DNA from: Candidatus Poseidoniales archaeon
GTDB lineage: Archaea; Thermoplasmatota; Poseidoniia; Poseidoniales; Thalassarchaeaceae
Assembly: GCA_012964335.1 (NCBI GenBank)
Contig: DTUF01000022.1
Span: 30,195-94,194, forward strand
Direction of reading: 5' to 3'
Length of the DNA: 64,000 nucleotides
Both the position numbers and the translations under genes were made by a program. Under the pieces are notes generated by a model that was not told where the DNA came from, ran no database searches, and saw only the letters and a program-made list of their open reading frames with translations. Position 1 is the stretch's first letter. Every line of letters starts with the position of its first letter. Shown one piece after another: positions 18,593-27,701 of the stretch.

Positions 18593-19642
18593 TTATAGCC
18601 ACATCTCACAGCCATCACAGTACCAAGCACTATGTTGAGTATAGAGAGGCGCACCTTTACCGCAACCTGTGCACTCTTTGGTTACGCCTTCACCAAATAG
18701 TGTTATGACAATCTCAATATGTCTCTCTTCTGTAATTCCTAGATGTTGTCTCATGGCCCAAAGCAGTTGATCTTCACTGGGAGTGATAACTCCATCCGAA
18801 AGTACTAATTCGACCGCAGTTTGGTAATCTGATTCTATGCCAACAGATGTGGGGTCCAGAACAACGCCGTCTTTTTCGGCAACCATATCTTTCCCGCCAG
18901 GGTCGTCTATAAAGAGCACAAGTGAAGATGGATTTAGACTGTTGTCTCTCAATTCAAATGTCACAACATTCTCGTCATTATTAGCATATACAAACTTACT
19001 TTCTTTATTTATTATTGACGCGATATTACGTGCAGTGTCAGCGATTGTTCTGCCTCGTCTCCATCCATTATCGGAATCTTCGTTTAGTAAGTAAAATTCA
19101 GTCCCCATCCCTGGATATTCAATTCTTACCTCTTCGCCTCCGTCAAAATCATTACTCATTAGAGTTAATTTCCCAACCTCAGTATCAAGAATATTGTCAT
19201 CCTCATCGAAACTAACAATGAGAGGTTTTCGTTCCTCTTCTGCAACATTGAAATGACCATGCATTCCTTCAATCCACTTATCTTGCAGACGTGTCAACCC
19301 CTGTTCTTGTTCACTGGTTAATTTTTCATCAATCCCTAATACTCTAGATAATCCTGTACCTGATTCCATTTCTTGTTTAAATTCTTCAATCAATTTAGCT
19401 TCTGTTCTAACCGATTCATGAGAACGAGTTTTTCTAGAAGATTGACTATTTGGATCGGCCCACTCATATTGACAGCGGTCACAAGTGACATATCCTGGGA
19501 TTGATGAAGAACTACTGACACCACCACAACGCGGGCAATCTCCATCTTCAATGGGAGTCAAATTTTCCTTGGCTTCAGCTAGGCCTTTGGTCCCCTTGAC
19601 AGGCTTCTTACGGAATGCCATCAAAACCTTGTGGAACCCCAT
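18593..19642 (-). CDS. hypothetical protein with N- and C-terminal zinc ribbons flanking an acidic central domain
   Basis: 349 aa, ATG start. N-terminal CPRCGG...(15 aa)...CDRC, C-terminal CTGCGKG...(12 aa)...CDGCEM. No enzymatic motif recognised. Lies 68 bp upstream of, and co-oriented with, the actin-like ATPase. Confidence 0.5.
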   Translation of the reverse strand: MGFHKVLMAFRKKPVKGTKGLAEAKENLTPIEDGDCPRCGGVSSSSSIPGYVTCDRCQYEWADPNSQSSRKTRSHESVRTEAKLIEEFKQEMESGTGLSRVLGIDEKLTSEQEQGLTRLQDKWIEGMHGHFNVAEEERKPLIVSFDEDDNILDTEVGKLTLMSNDFDGGEEVRIEYPGMGTEFYLLNEDSDNGWRRGRTIADTARNIASIINKESKFVYANNDENVVTFELRDNSLNPSSLVLFIDDPGGKDMVAEKDGVVLDPTSVGIESDYQTAVELVLSDGVITPSEDQLLWAMRQHLGITEERHIEIVITLFGEGVTKECTGCGKGAPLYTQHSAWYCDGCEMWL

Positions 19643-19744
19643 CGGTGATATGGGTTGCGTTGTATAGTTGAATGGAACGTTGGTAGAACAATGGGTTGAC
19701 CCAAACCGGCGCGGTTATCAACAAAGCGCGAGTCGGCCCGTTTG

Positions 19745-20428
19745 ATGATACGAGAGTGTGAACTACATGGTACCTTTGAAGGGGAACTTTGCCCTGCCTG
19801 CAATAGCGAAGGTAAATTCATTATGAATGGAAGCGAGAGAGACCAAATAGCCCGTAGAATGGCTGGTATACTTCGTCATTTCCCTGAGAAATTCGATTTA
19901 GAAATGGATATAAATGGATGGGTTAGCATTCGAGATTTATCTAATGCTATCGCACGGAAAGATAAACGGAAGCATTGGCTAAGGGACCGCCATATCCAAG
20001 CAATTGTCGATACTGATCCTAAAGGCCGTTACGAAATTAGAGGAGGCAATGTAAGAGCCACCTATGCACACACAGTTGAAATTGAACTTGACTTGCCAAC
20101 AGACAACATTCCTGAATTATTATTCTACCCTGTAGCACGAGATGAACTAGACATCCACCTAGAAGGTGGTATCCATCCAGGTGGGAGAAAATGGGTACAT
20201 CTTTCTAAGACTATCACCAATGCTGCAAATGCAGGTGCCGTCCATCACTTTCAACCAGCTATCATAGAAATCGACATTATTCAAATGCAAGCATCTGGAA
20301 ATACAATTTTCCATGCTGGAACTACTGTCTACCTGACTGAAGTAGTTGATGCTGAGTTCCTCTCACATGTCCCTTATGATGATACTGAGTATGCTCTCAT
20401 GCTTGGAGAATGGGGCGAAGAAGAGTGA
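19745..20428 (+). CDS. kptA: RNA 2'-phosphotransferase Tpt1/KptA-family protein with N-terminal zinc-ribbon extension
   Basis: ILRHFPEKFDLEMDINGWVSIRDL corresponds to LRH.PE..GL.LD..GWV.V.DL. VRATYAHTV corresponds to IRA.QGHS. GRKWVHLS corresponds to R.YVHLS. The catalytic R-H-R-R tetrad is apparently retained. N-terminal CELHG...(7 aa)...CPACN. TTG at 19742, ATG at 19745. Confidence 0.6.
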   Translation: MIRECELHGTFEGELCPACNSEGKFIMNGSERDQIARRMAGILRHFPEKFDLEMDINGWVSIRDLSNAIARKDKRKHWLRDRHIQAIVDTDPKGRYEIRGGNVRATYAHTVEIELDLPTDNIPELLFYPVARDELDIHLEGGIHPGGRKWVHLSKTITNAANAGAVHHFQPAIIEIDIIQMQASGNTIFHAGTTVYLTEVVDAEFLSHVPYDDTEYALMLGEWGEEE

Positions 20429-20761
20429 TTACTTTCTTTGATAACCACATACTTGACAGAAACTAAACTCACCACTTTGTGGTTCATCACATTCAGGGCA
20501 ACTCTCTGAGTCTACTACTGAAACTTCTTCATCTGAATCTGATGAAGAAATTAATCTGACTGATGGAGATTCTTCAAAAATGATTGATTCAACTAATTCT
20601 CTTTCCTCAACAGACTTGACAAATTCAATAGCTTCAAACAGTGCTGCTTCCAATTTCATAATTCTCTGTTTTCTTTGGTTAATATTTGAGATGTCTTCGG
20701 CTTCAACTAACTGTTCTTGTAGATATCTGCGCAGTTGGTCTACTGTTGCATCCTGAGTCAT
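20429..20761 (-). CDS. hypothetical coiled-coil protein with C-terminal zinc ribbon
   Basis: ORF-track start 20827 is TTG; ATG at 20761. Charged helical N-terminus, acidic Ser-rich linker, CPECDEP...(9 aa)...CQVCGY. Confidence 0.3.
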   Translation of the reverse strand: MTQDATVDQLRRYLQEQLVEAEDISNINQRKQRIMKLEAALFEAIEFVKSVEERELVESIIFEESPSVRLISSSDSDEEVSVVDSESCPECDEPQSGEFSFCQVCGYQRK

Positions 20762-20859
20762 TGTTCTGCGCACTCTATCGCCCCTAATCAACACGGCGGC
20801 TTGATAGAGTTCTATACACAATAGCAATTGACTTCATGGTGGTCCCTTTCCGACTAATC

Positions 20860-21675
20860 ATGGAAAGCCCTGTCATCATCAAGTTAGGTGGTGGCCTCAT
20901 CACCCAAAAAGATCAATTATGCACTCCAAAAATCGATATTATTCGAAATCTGGCAAAGTCAATACATCATCTAGTTAAGATGAATAGACGTGTAATCATC
21001 GTTCATGGCGCTGGGAGTTTTGGCCACCTAAAGGCAAAATCCTGGAAGCTTCATGAAGGTAGAACCGATGAAGGTCTCCCTATTGAAGGTGAATTTAAAA
21101 CCCAGATTGAAGCAATTAATTCGGTCAGGCAAGATATGAAAAATCTAAATCAATTAGTTTCAAACGAATTTAATAAATTGGGAATGTCAACAATTTCCCA
21201 TTCACCTCATACTTGGGCATTTGAAACCGGTGCAAACTTTGTTGGAGATTTAAACCGGTTCAATATGGTAGAACACTCAGTTCACATTACACATGGTGAT
21301 GTTGTTGATTGTAAAGGGACAACAGAATTCGGTATATTGAGCGGAGATGATATTTGCTATAGACTAGCAGTAGAACTTGATGCATCACACATGATATTTG
21401 CAATGGGGGGGGCATCTGGAGTAATGACATTACCACCTTCAAATCCAGAATCTAAACTAATACCAGTGTGGACGCCAAACAAACAATTTCAGGGTCAACA
21501 TCAATCAGACATTGATGTGACTGGTGGAATCTATCTAAAACTCAGTGTTGCAGAGAAAATTAGTCAACATGTACCAATGGTTTGGATAATTGATGGAGAG
21601 TGCCCTGAACGTATTGGAGAAGTAGTTCAAAATGGGGAAACATATGGCACTAGAATAATTCCCGAATCTCCGTAG
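20860..21675 (+). CDS. isopentenyl phosphate kinase (amino-acid-kinase fold)
   Basis: IIKLGGGLITQKD, HGAGSFGH, ILSGDDICYRLAVEL and DVTGGIYLKL align to the M. jannaschii IPK motifs (ILKLGGS, HGGGAFGH, ISGDDIVPYLA, DVTGGM). The alternative upstream ATG at 20836 adds 8 aa. Confidence 0.7.
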   Translation: MESPVIIKLGGGLITQKDQLCTPKIDIIRNLAKSIHHLVKMNRRVIIVHGAGSFGHLKAKSWKLHEGRTDEGLPIEGEFKTQIEAINSVRQDMKNLNQLVSNEFNKLGMSTISHSPHTWAFETGANFVGDLNRFNMVEHSVHITHGDVVDCKGTTEFGILSGDDICYRLAVELDASHMIFAMGGASGVMTLPPSNPESKLIPVWTPNKQFQGQHQSDIDVTGGIYLKLSVAEKISQHVPMVWIIDGECPERIGEVVQNGETYGTRIIPESP

Positions 21676-21734
21676 GAGATTATACCATCTCGTTATAGAG
21701 GCAAAACCCCTCAGATAGGATAGTTGGTGAGGCG

Positions 21735-23423
21735 ATGAGCAAGAACAGTCCATTCCTTGACGATGAATATGATGAATCACAAAGTGAAATGATGAATGAA
21801 ATGGTCATCCTTGTAGATGAAAATGACTTTCAAATAGGTTCAATGTCTAAAGTAGATAGTCACATTGGTGAAGGGACACTCCATCGTGCATTTAGTGTAT
21901 TATTGTTCAATTCTTCTCAAGAATTATTGATTCATAAACGAGCGGATACGAAGATTACTTTTCCATCAGTGTGGGCCAACACATGCTGCAGTCACCCCCT
22001 TGACATAGAAGATGAAACTGAAATGGAAGGCGATCTGGGAGTAAAACGTGCCGCAATTCGCAAGATGAAACAAGAACTCGGAATTCCTGCTGAACAATTG
22101 CCAATTGAAGATTTTCACCTAATAACAAAAATGCATTATCGAGCGCGAGCAGATATTAAATGGATAGAACATGAATTAGACCACATCCTATTGATTCAAG
22201 CTGATGTAGATTTGGATATTAATCCTAATGAAATTTCTGAAATACGCTGGGTAAATAAATCACAATTAGAAGACCTAATATCTAATTCCCCAAATAATGG
22301 GGAGTTCATTGCTCCTTGGTTCAATGAAATATATTCACGTTTTACATCTCAATGGTGGGGTCATCTTGATGAGGTGAGTTCACTTCAGGACAATGTGGTT
22401 CACCATATTGGGGATGTAACTACTAGCGAGGACAATTCCTTACTAGATGCGTTAAAGGGCCATGCGGCCGAGGTCGAAGGTAGAATAGTAACTGCTCTAG
22501 AAAAATCGAACCATGAACGTTTGAGAAAAGCGATGATGCACCTTATTGAGGGAGGGGGGAAACGACTGCGTGCAATTTTACCCTGGTTAGTTGCAGATGC
22601 TTGCGGTGGTTCATCAGATTCACTGTACGACCTAGGAGCGGCAATCGAAATCATCCATAATTTCACCTTAGTTCATGATGACATTATGGATAATGATGAA
22701 CTAAGAAGGGGCAGAGAAGCAGTACACATTGCTTACGACATGCCTACTGCAATCAATGCCGGAGATGCTATGCTTGCGGTGTCCTTCGAATTACTAAGTG
22801 AGGCCGAGGCAATTTCTTCAGAAAATTTCCGTTCTTTAGTTTCAATAATTGGGAAGATGGTTCGAAAGGTATCAGAAGGCCAACAACTTGACATGGATTT
22901 TGAAAATAGAGACTTTGTCAGTGAGGATGAGTATTTAGCCATGATTTCAGGGAAAACAGCTGCAATGTTTACGACTTGTGCAAGAACGGGGGCAATTCTA
23001 TCTGGTGCAGCCCCGGATGTGATAGAGAATTTAGCCCATTGGGGTGAAAACCTAGGCCTCTGCTTCCAATTGATGGATGATTTGATAGATGCTACCGGCG
23101 ACAGCGAAACTCTTGGCAAACCAGCTTGTAGTGATGTCATAGAAGGAAAGCGAACCCTCATTGCAATTCATGCATTAGGATTGGATCCGGAGAATTTGCC
23201 AATATTCCATAGAGTTTTTGGTTCAGGAAATGAGGACACACCTCGGGAAACTCTTGATGGAGTTCTAAGAGAACTACAAGCTGCAGGTTCAATCGATTAC
23301 GCAAAAACAAAAGCAATGGGATATCACCAACAGGCTCACACCTGTCTAGACAAACTCCCAGATTCACCTGCATTGTCTATCCTGAGACAATTAACTGACT
23401 GGCAACTCATAAGAATATCTTAA
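21735..23423 (+). CDS. fusion protein: type-1 (Nudix) isopentenyl-diphosphate delta-isomerase (N-terminal) + geranylgeranyl/polyprenyl diphosphate synthase (C-terminal)
   Basis: N-terminal LHRAFSVLLFNSSQELLIHKRADTKITFPSVWANTCCSHP matches E. coli Idi (LHLAFSSWLFN...VWTNSVCGHP). C-terminal half carries the aspartate-rich motifs LVHDDIMDNDELRRG (FARM) and FQLMDDLID (SARM). 562 aa; begins 60 bp after the IPK gene. Confidence 0.7.
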   Translation: MSKNSPFLDDEYDESQSEMMNEMVILVDENDFQIGSMSKVDSHIGEGTLHRAFSVLLFNSSQELLIHKRADTKITFPSVWANTCCSHPLDIEDETEMEGDLGVKRAAIRKMKQELGIPAEQLPIEDFHLITKMHYRARADIKWIEHELDHILLIQADVDLDINPNEISEIRWVNKSQLEDLISNSPNNGEFIAPWFNEIYSRFTSQWWGHLDEVSSLQDNVVHHIGDVTTSEDNSLLDALKGHAAEVEGRIVTALEKSNHERLRKAMMHLIEGGGKRLRAILPWLVADACGGSSDSLYDLGAAIEIIHNFTLVHDDIMDNDELRRGREAVHIAYDMPTAINAGDAMLAVSFELLSEAEAISSENFRSLVSIIGKMVRKVSEGQQLDMDFENRDFVSEDEYLAMISGKTAAMFTTCARTGAILSGAAPDVIENLAHWGENLGLCFQLMDDLIDATGDSETLGKPACSDVIEGKRTLIAIHALGLDPENLPIFHRVFGSGNEDTPRETLDGVLRELQAAGSIDYAKTKAMGYHQQAHTCLDKLPDSPALSILRQLTDWQLIRIS

Positions 23424-23468
23424 TTTGTTTACAATACTAAGATTGTAAAATATTAATCAATAAACGAC

Positions 23469-25676
23469 TCAATCAGAGTAGTAAGTTTCAGTAGGTATTT
23501 CTGGTTTCAGACCCTTTCGTTGGCGAATTTCACCTACTACTTTCTCAAGTAATGACCTTGGCAATTCTTCAAACCCACAATTTTCAGTATTCCACACAGC
23601 CCTGCCTTGACTAGCGGCACGAATATCATTTGAAAATCCAAAAGTTTCAGCGACTGGAACTTTTCCGATAACTGTTGTGATTTCACCATCAGATGGCATA
23701 TCTTCAATTTCACCACGGCGCTGTGTGATTTCTCTTGTGACACCACCTAACCAATCATTTGGTACAGACACATGCATCTTTTGGATTGGCTCCATCAGTG
23801 CAGTGTTAGCTCTAACTAGAGCACCTTTGATGGCATTTCTCATTGCTGGAATTGTTTGAGCAGGTCCTCGGTGGATTGCATCTTCGTGAAGTTTAGCGTC
23901 TTTGAGTTTAACCATAACGCTCATGAGTGGCTCTTCAGCGATTGGCCCTTTCTTACACACTTCATTGAACGCCTCAATTAGCAATTCCTTAGTTTCGTGA
24001 AGATATTGGATACCTTTCGTGTCATTAACTAATACATTAGTTCCGTTGATTGCATAGGTCTTACGCATCAAATCTTTATCCATGCCGTATTCAGCAAATT
24101 TTCTACCCATTTCCTTAGCGTCATTTGGTCGAATAGTTCCAGAACCAATTTCGCCTTGACGAAGTGCATCTACTACCTCTTCTGGGAGTTGTTCAACTTC
24201 AATGTAGAATCGGTTGTGACGGTTTGGGGATTTTCCTTCAAACGCTCGGCCATGATTATTTCCGGAAGTCGTTTCGCGATAAACAACAATTGGTTCTGAG
24301 ACTGAGACTTTGATTCCTTGTTCTACCTCAATTCTATAAGTTGTAATCTCAAGATGAAGTTCACCCATTCCTGCAAGTAGTGCTTCTCCTGTTTCTGCAT
24401 TAGTGGTAACTTGCAATGAAGCATCTGCTTTTGCAAGGGAACGTAATGCATCAATGAATTTCGGCAAATCTTTCATTGATTTAGGTTCAACTGCCACAGT
24501 TACTACTGGTTCTGAATAATGTCTGATTGCCTCAAATGGAATGATGTCTTTATCACGTGCAACTGTTACCCCAGCCGCGGCTGAACGTATACCAGTAATT
24601 GCTGCAATATTTCCTGCTACAATCTTTGGAATAGAGATACGGTCACTTCCAACCATCATACTGACTTGTTGAACACGTTCGGCTTTACTTCCTCCAATAG
24701 CCCACAAACTCTCACCATGATTAATGGTCCCTGAGTATAGACGTCCTACAGCAACTTCGCCAGCGTGGGGGTCCATCCAAATCTTAGTAATCATGAGTGC
24801 AAGTGGTCCTTCTGGGTCACAATTAATCATTGCTTGACCCAATTCAGATTCAGAATCACCATTCCAGATATTAGGAATACGGTATGGTTGTGCAACAACG
24901 GGGCTAGGTAGTTGAGAAACCGCCATATCTAACAGCACCTCGTGTACAGGTGCCCTTTTTGCTAATTCTTTTTGTTCTTCATTATTACAATAATCAAAGA
25001 TATCTTTGAAGGAAATACCTGATTTTTGCATATACGGGACTGTAATCCCCCAATTATGGTAAGCAGAACCGAATGCAACGGTGCCATCTGCAACACTAAC
25101 TTGCCAAGATTTCTTGTATTCATCAGGTGCGAATTGACGAATTAATTTGTTCACCTTGGTAATCTGTTCCATGAATCGTTCTTGCATGTCTTCAGGTGTA
25201 ACTTGCAATTCGTTAATGAGTCGGTCTACTTTGTTTATGAACAGTACTGGTTTCACCTTTTCTTTTAGTGCTTGACGCACAACAGTTTCAGTTTGTGGCA
25301 TTGCACCCTCAACTGCGCACGTTAAGATAAAACAGCCGTCAACTGCGCGCATTGCTCTTGTAACGTCACCACCGAAGTCAACGTGACCAGGGGTATCAAT
25401 CAAATTGATGAGATAATCTGTGCCTTCAATTTCGTGAACCATTGAAGCTGATGCAGCATTAATGGTTATTCCTCTAGCAGCTTCCTGTTCATCGAAATCA
25501 AGAACCCTACTTTTCCCTGCTAATTCCTCACTCATCATGCCAGCACCAGCAATCAAATTATCAGAAAGAGTGGTTTTACCATGGTCAATATGTGCAGCAA
25601 TACAGAGGTTTCGAATTCGATCTCTATCGTGCATCACTTCTGTTGCTTTTGCGATGTTGTCTTCCTTTCGTCCCAT
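23469..25676 (-). CDS. fusA: translation elongation factor 2 (aEF-2)
   Basis: G-domain AHIDHGKTTLSDNL, DTPGHVDF. 735 aa. Diphthamide-site region DAIHRGPAQTIP. Downstream of S12/S7 as in the canonical str operon. Confidence 0.95.
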   Translation of the reverse strand: MGRKEDNIAKATEVMHDRDRIRNLCIAAHIDHGKTTLSDNLIAGAGMMSEELAGKSRVLDFDEQEAARGITINAASASMVHEIEGTDYLINLIDTPGHVDFGGDVTRAMRAVDGCFILTCAVEGAMPQTETVVRQALKEKVKPVLFINKVDRLINELQVTPEDMQERFMEQITKVNKLIRQFAPDEYKKSWQVSVADGTVAFGSAYHNWGITVPYMQKSGISFKDIFDYCNNEEQKELAKRAPVHEVLLDMAVSQLPSPVVAQPYRIPNIWNGDSESELGQAMINCDPEGPLALMITKIWMDPHAGEVAVGRLYSGTINHGESLWAIGGSKAERVQQVSMMVGSDRISIPKIVAGNIAAITGIRSAAAGVTVARDKDIIPFEAIRHYSEPVVTVAVEPKSMKDLPKFIDALRSLAKADASLQVTTNAETGEALLAGMGELHLEITTYRIEVEQGIKVSVSEPIVVYRETTSGNNHGRAFEGKSPNRHNRFYIEVEQLPEEVVDALRQGEIGSGTIRPNDAKEMGRKFAEYGMDKDLMRKTYAINGTNVLVNDTKGIQYLHETKELLIEAFNEVCKKGPIAEEPLMSVMVKLKDAKLHEDAIHRGPAQTIPAMRNAIKGALVRANTALMEPIQKMHVSVPNDWLGGVTREITQRRGEIEDMPSDGEITTVIGKVPVAETFGFSNDIRAASQGRAVWNTENCGFEELPRSLLEKVVGEIRQRKGLKPEIPTETYYSD

Positions 25677-25680
25677 CAGT

Positions 25681-25697
25681 CTTCACCTTCGGTGAAG
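25681..25697 (-). promoter_or_regulatory. perfect 7-bp hairpin (CTTCACC-TTC-GGTGAAG) ending 4 nt upstream of the EF-2 start codon
   Basis: Read directly. On the mRNA strand the sequence is GGCTTCACCGAAGGTGAAGACTG-ATG. The stem sequesters the SD-like GGTGA. Confidence 0.3.
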
Positions 25698-25785
25698 CCG
25701 CCGACCTAACATCGGTTCATAAAGGCCACCACCCCAGTTACTTGGTGGATGTGACAACCATTCCATCAGTTATCGTTCCGTTGAC

Positions 25786-26943
25786 TCAAGAAGTTAGTGG
25801 AGAAGAGGGTTGCATCATTTCATCTAAAAGGATCTGGAATTCAGAATTTATTCTAAGGATATTCTCTTTTGTTTGTACTATTTGGTCAACAATTATACGT
25901 CTAGCATTTGAACTTGATTTACGTAATTGTTCACGCTTTTCATCTAGATATCTCAAAGTGTCTCGCATCGCAGCAATACATTCTTTACTTCGTAATTCAA
26001 ACATATTCATTTCAATCTCGTCGTGATTCGGTTGAGATTCGATAGCAATTTTCGAAAATGACGTCCTCATTTTTGCTGTTTCAATTGATGATTTCGGAGT
26101 TTTATTTAGATTTGAATTAAATTTAACTAGAGACCAAGCCTTAATCCACCACTTTGATGGATCCCATTGCCACCATCTAATTCCATTGCGATAATCCGCT
26201 TGAAAAGCGTGATGAAAGTTATGGTACCCTTCTCCAAATGTGAAAAAAGCAAGCCAAAGAGAATCCTTACTACTGTTGCTCGTAGTATAGGATTGTTTTC
26301 CCCATACATGTGCTGCGGAATTTATCAAGAATGTTCCGTGGTGCACAAAAACTGTTCGAACTAAGCCACCCCAAATAAATCCACCAATAGCAGTTGGGAT
26401 TCCACCAATAGCATAACCTACTATTGCTGGGGCCACCATACCAAACAAGAAACCGATAGAAAAAATGAAGCGATGTTGCAATCTGATTACCCAATCTTTC
26501 TGCAAATCCCGAACATTAGAATAGTCTACTTCCCCATCTTGTTCATCTATTAATATCCAAAAGAAATGACTCCACCAAAAACCTCTCGTAGCATTATATG
26601 GGTCGCCTTCTTGGTCAGTTTCTTTATGGTGGCGGCGGTGATCACTGCACCATTCCAAAATTGAATTTTGAAAAGCACCTGCACCAAATAATGCATAAAA
26701 TATCCTTAGGGGCAATACTGTTTGATGACTCCTGTGAGAAAATAGTCTGTGGTAACCAACAGTAATAGATAGTCCACAAGCGAAATACCAAACAAAAAAT
26801 ATGCTAAATTCAACCCAAGTAATGCCATATGTTATGCCATGCCAAATTGAACCTATCAAAGCCAAAACTGGAGTGAGAATAAGAAAAATTACGTTTATCC
26901 AATTCAACTTTAATGGTTTTTTATTGTCGATTGAATTGGACAC
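25786..26943 (-). CDS. membrane fatty-acid (acyl-CoA/acyl-lipid) delta-9-type desaturase with about 100-aa C-terminal coiled-coil extension
   Basis: Three histidine boxes in canonical order and spacing: HRLFSH, HRRHH, HNFHH. Four TM helices. Apparent GTG start (cac 26941-26943); no in-frame ATG at the N-terminus. Confidence 0.75.
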   Translation of the reverse strand: MSNSIDNKKPLKLNWINVIFLILTPVLALIGSIWHGITYGITWVEFSIFFVWYFACGLSITVGYHRLFSHRSHQTVLPLRIFYALFGAGAFQNSILEWCSDHRRHHKETDQEGDPYNATRGFWWSHFFWILIDEQDGEVDYSNVRDLQKDWVIRLQHRFIFSIGFLFGMVAPAIVGYAIGGIPTAIGGFIWGGLVRTVFVHHGTFLINSAAHVWGKQSYTTSNSSKDSLWLAFFTFGEGYHNFHHAFQADYRNGIRWWQWDPSKWWIKAWSLVKFNSNLNKTPKSSIETAKMRTSFSKIAIESQPNHDEIEMNMFELRSKECIAAMRDTLRYLDEKREQLRKSSSNARRIIVDQIVQTKENILRINSEFQILLDEMMQPSSPLTS

Positions 26944-27047
26944 AATATCACAACACCATTGTTAGTAGTTCATTTGGTATTCTATTAGCACTATTAACTT
27001 CAAGGACCTTAGTTCCTACAACGGAGCAGTTTCATGAATTGAAATTA

Positions 27048-27692
27048 TCACCGTGCAGATGCAGCGATTCTTTCAACTTCTTCTCTCTTACCTATTGCGT
27101 AGGATGTGACATCCCCATTCGCAGCTTTTGAGATTTCAGTAACAATACCCTGGGTCAGTGTTCGAGTACTCTTACGTGTTGCTTGAGTAGAACCTGTTGC
27201 TAGGTGTCGAATGGCGACATCAATTCGGCGCATTGGCGCACTGTCAACTGCTTTTGGCTGACTAACTGCTCCAAATTTAATTCGTGTAATCTCTTCCATT
27301 GGTGCTGAATTTGCTAATGCGTCTACAAACACTTGTAGTGGATTGGTATCATCTCTCTCTGCAATACGGTCCAAAGCTGCCTCAAATGCTTTTGTAGCAG
27401 TAATCTTCTTGCCAGTATATTTTCCAGTTCTCATCAATCCGTTGATAAATCTCTCAACAATGGATAACTTGCTCTTTCCAAACCAAGCGTTAGCGTGGCG
27501 TCCTCCTGTGTGAGGTACACCTACCGTTTTGAGATTGATGTAAGGTGCGATACCTGGGTCCTCACAAGATACAGTAGTAGCATCCCATTTGTTGAATACA
27601 AGAGTCCCAATACCTGCGATTGGAGTTTCATTGATTACCTTCTCTTCAGCAGGTTCTTCTTCTTCGACTTCTACTTCTGCTTCATCACTCAT
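27048..27692 (-). CDS. rps7: 30S ribosomal protein S7 (uS7)
   Basis: 214 aa. Acidic N-terminal extension then conserved uS7 core (KFGAVSQPKAVDSAPMRRIDVAIRH). Lies immediately downstream of S12. Confidence 0.9.
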   Translation of the reverse strand: MSDEAEVEVEEEEPAEEKVINETPIAGIGTLVFNKWDATTVSCEDPGIAPYINLKTVGVPHTGGRHANAWFGKSKLSIVERFINGLMRTGKYTGKKITATKAFEAALDRIAERDDTNPLQVFVDALANSAPMEEITRIKFGAVSQPKAVDSAPMRRIDVAIRHLATGSTQATRKSTRTLTQGIVTEISKAANGDVTSYAIGKREEVERIAASAR

Positions 27693-27701
27693 TATTTCAC
27701 C

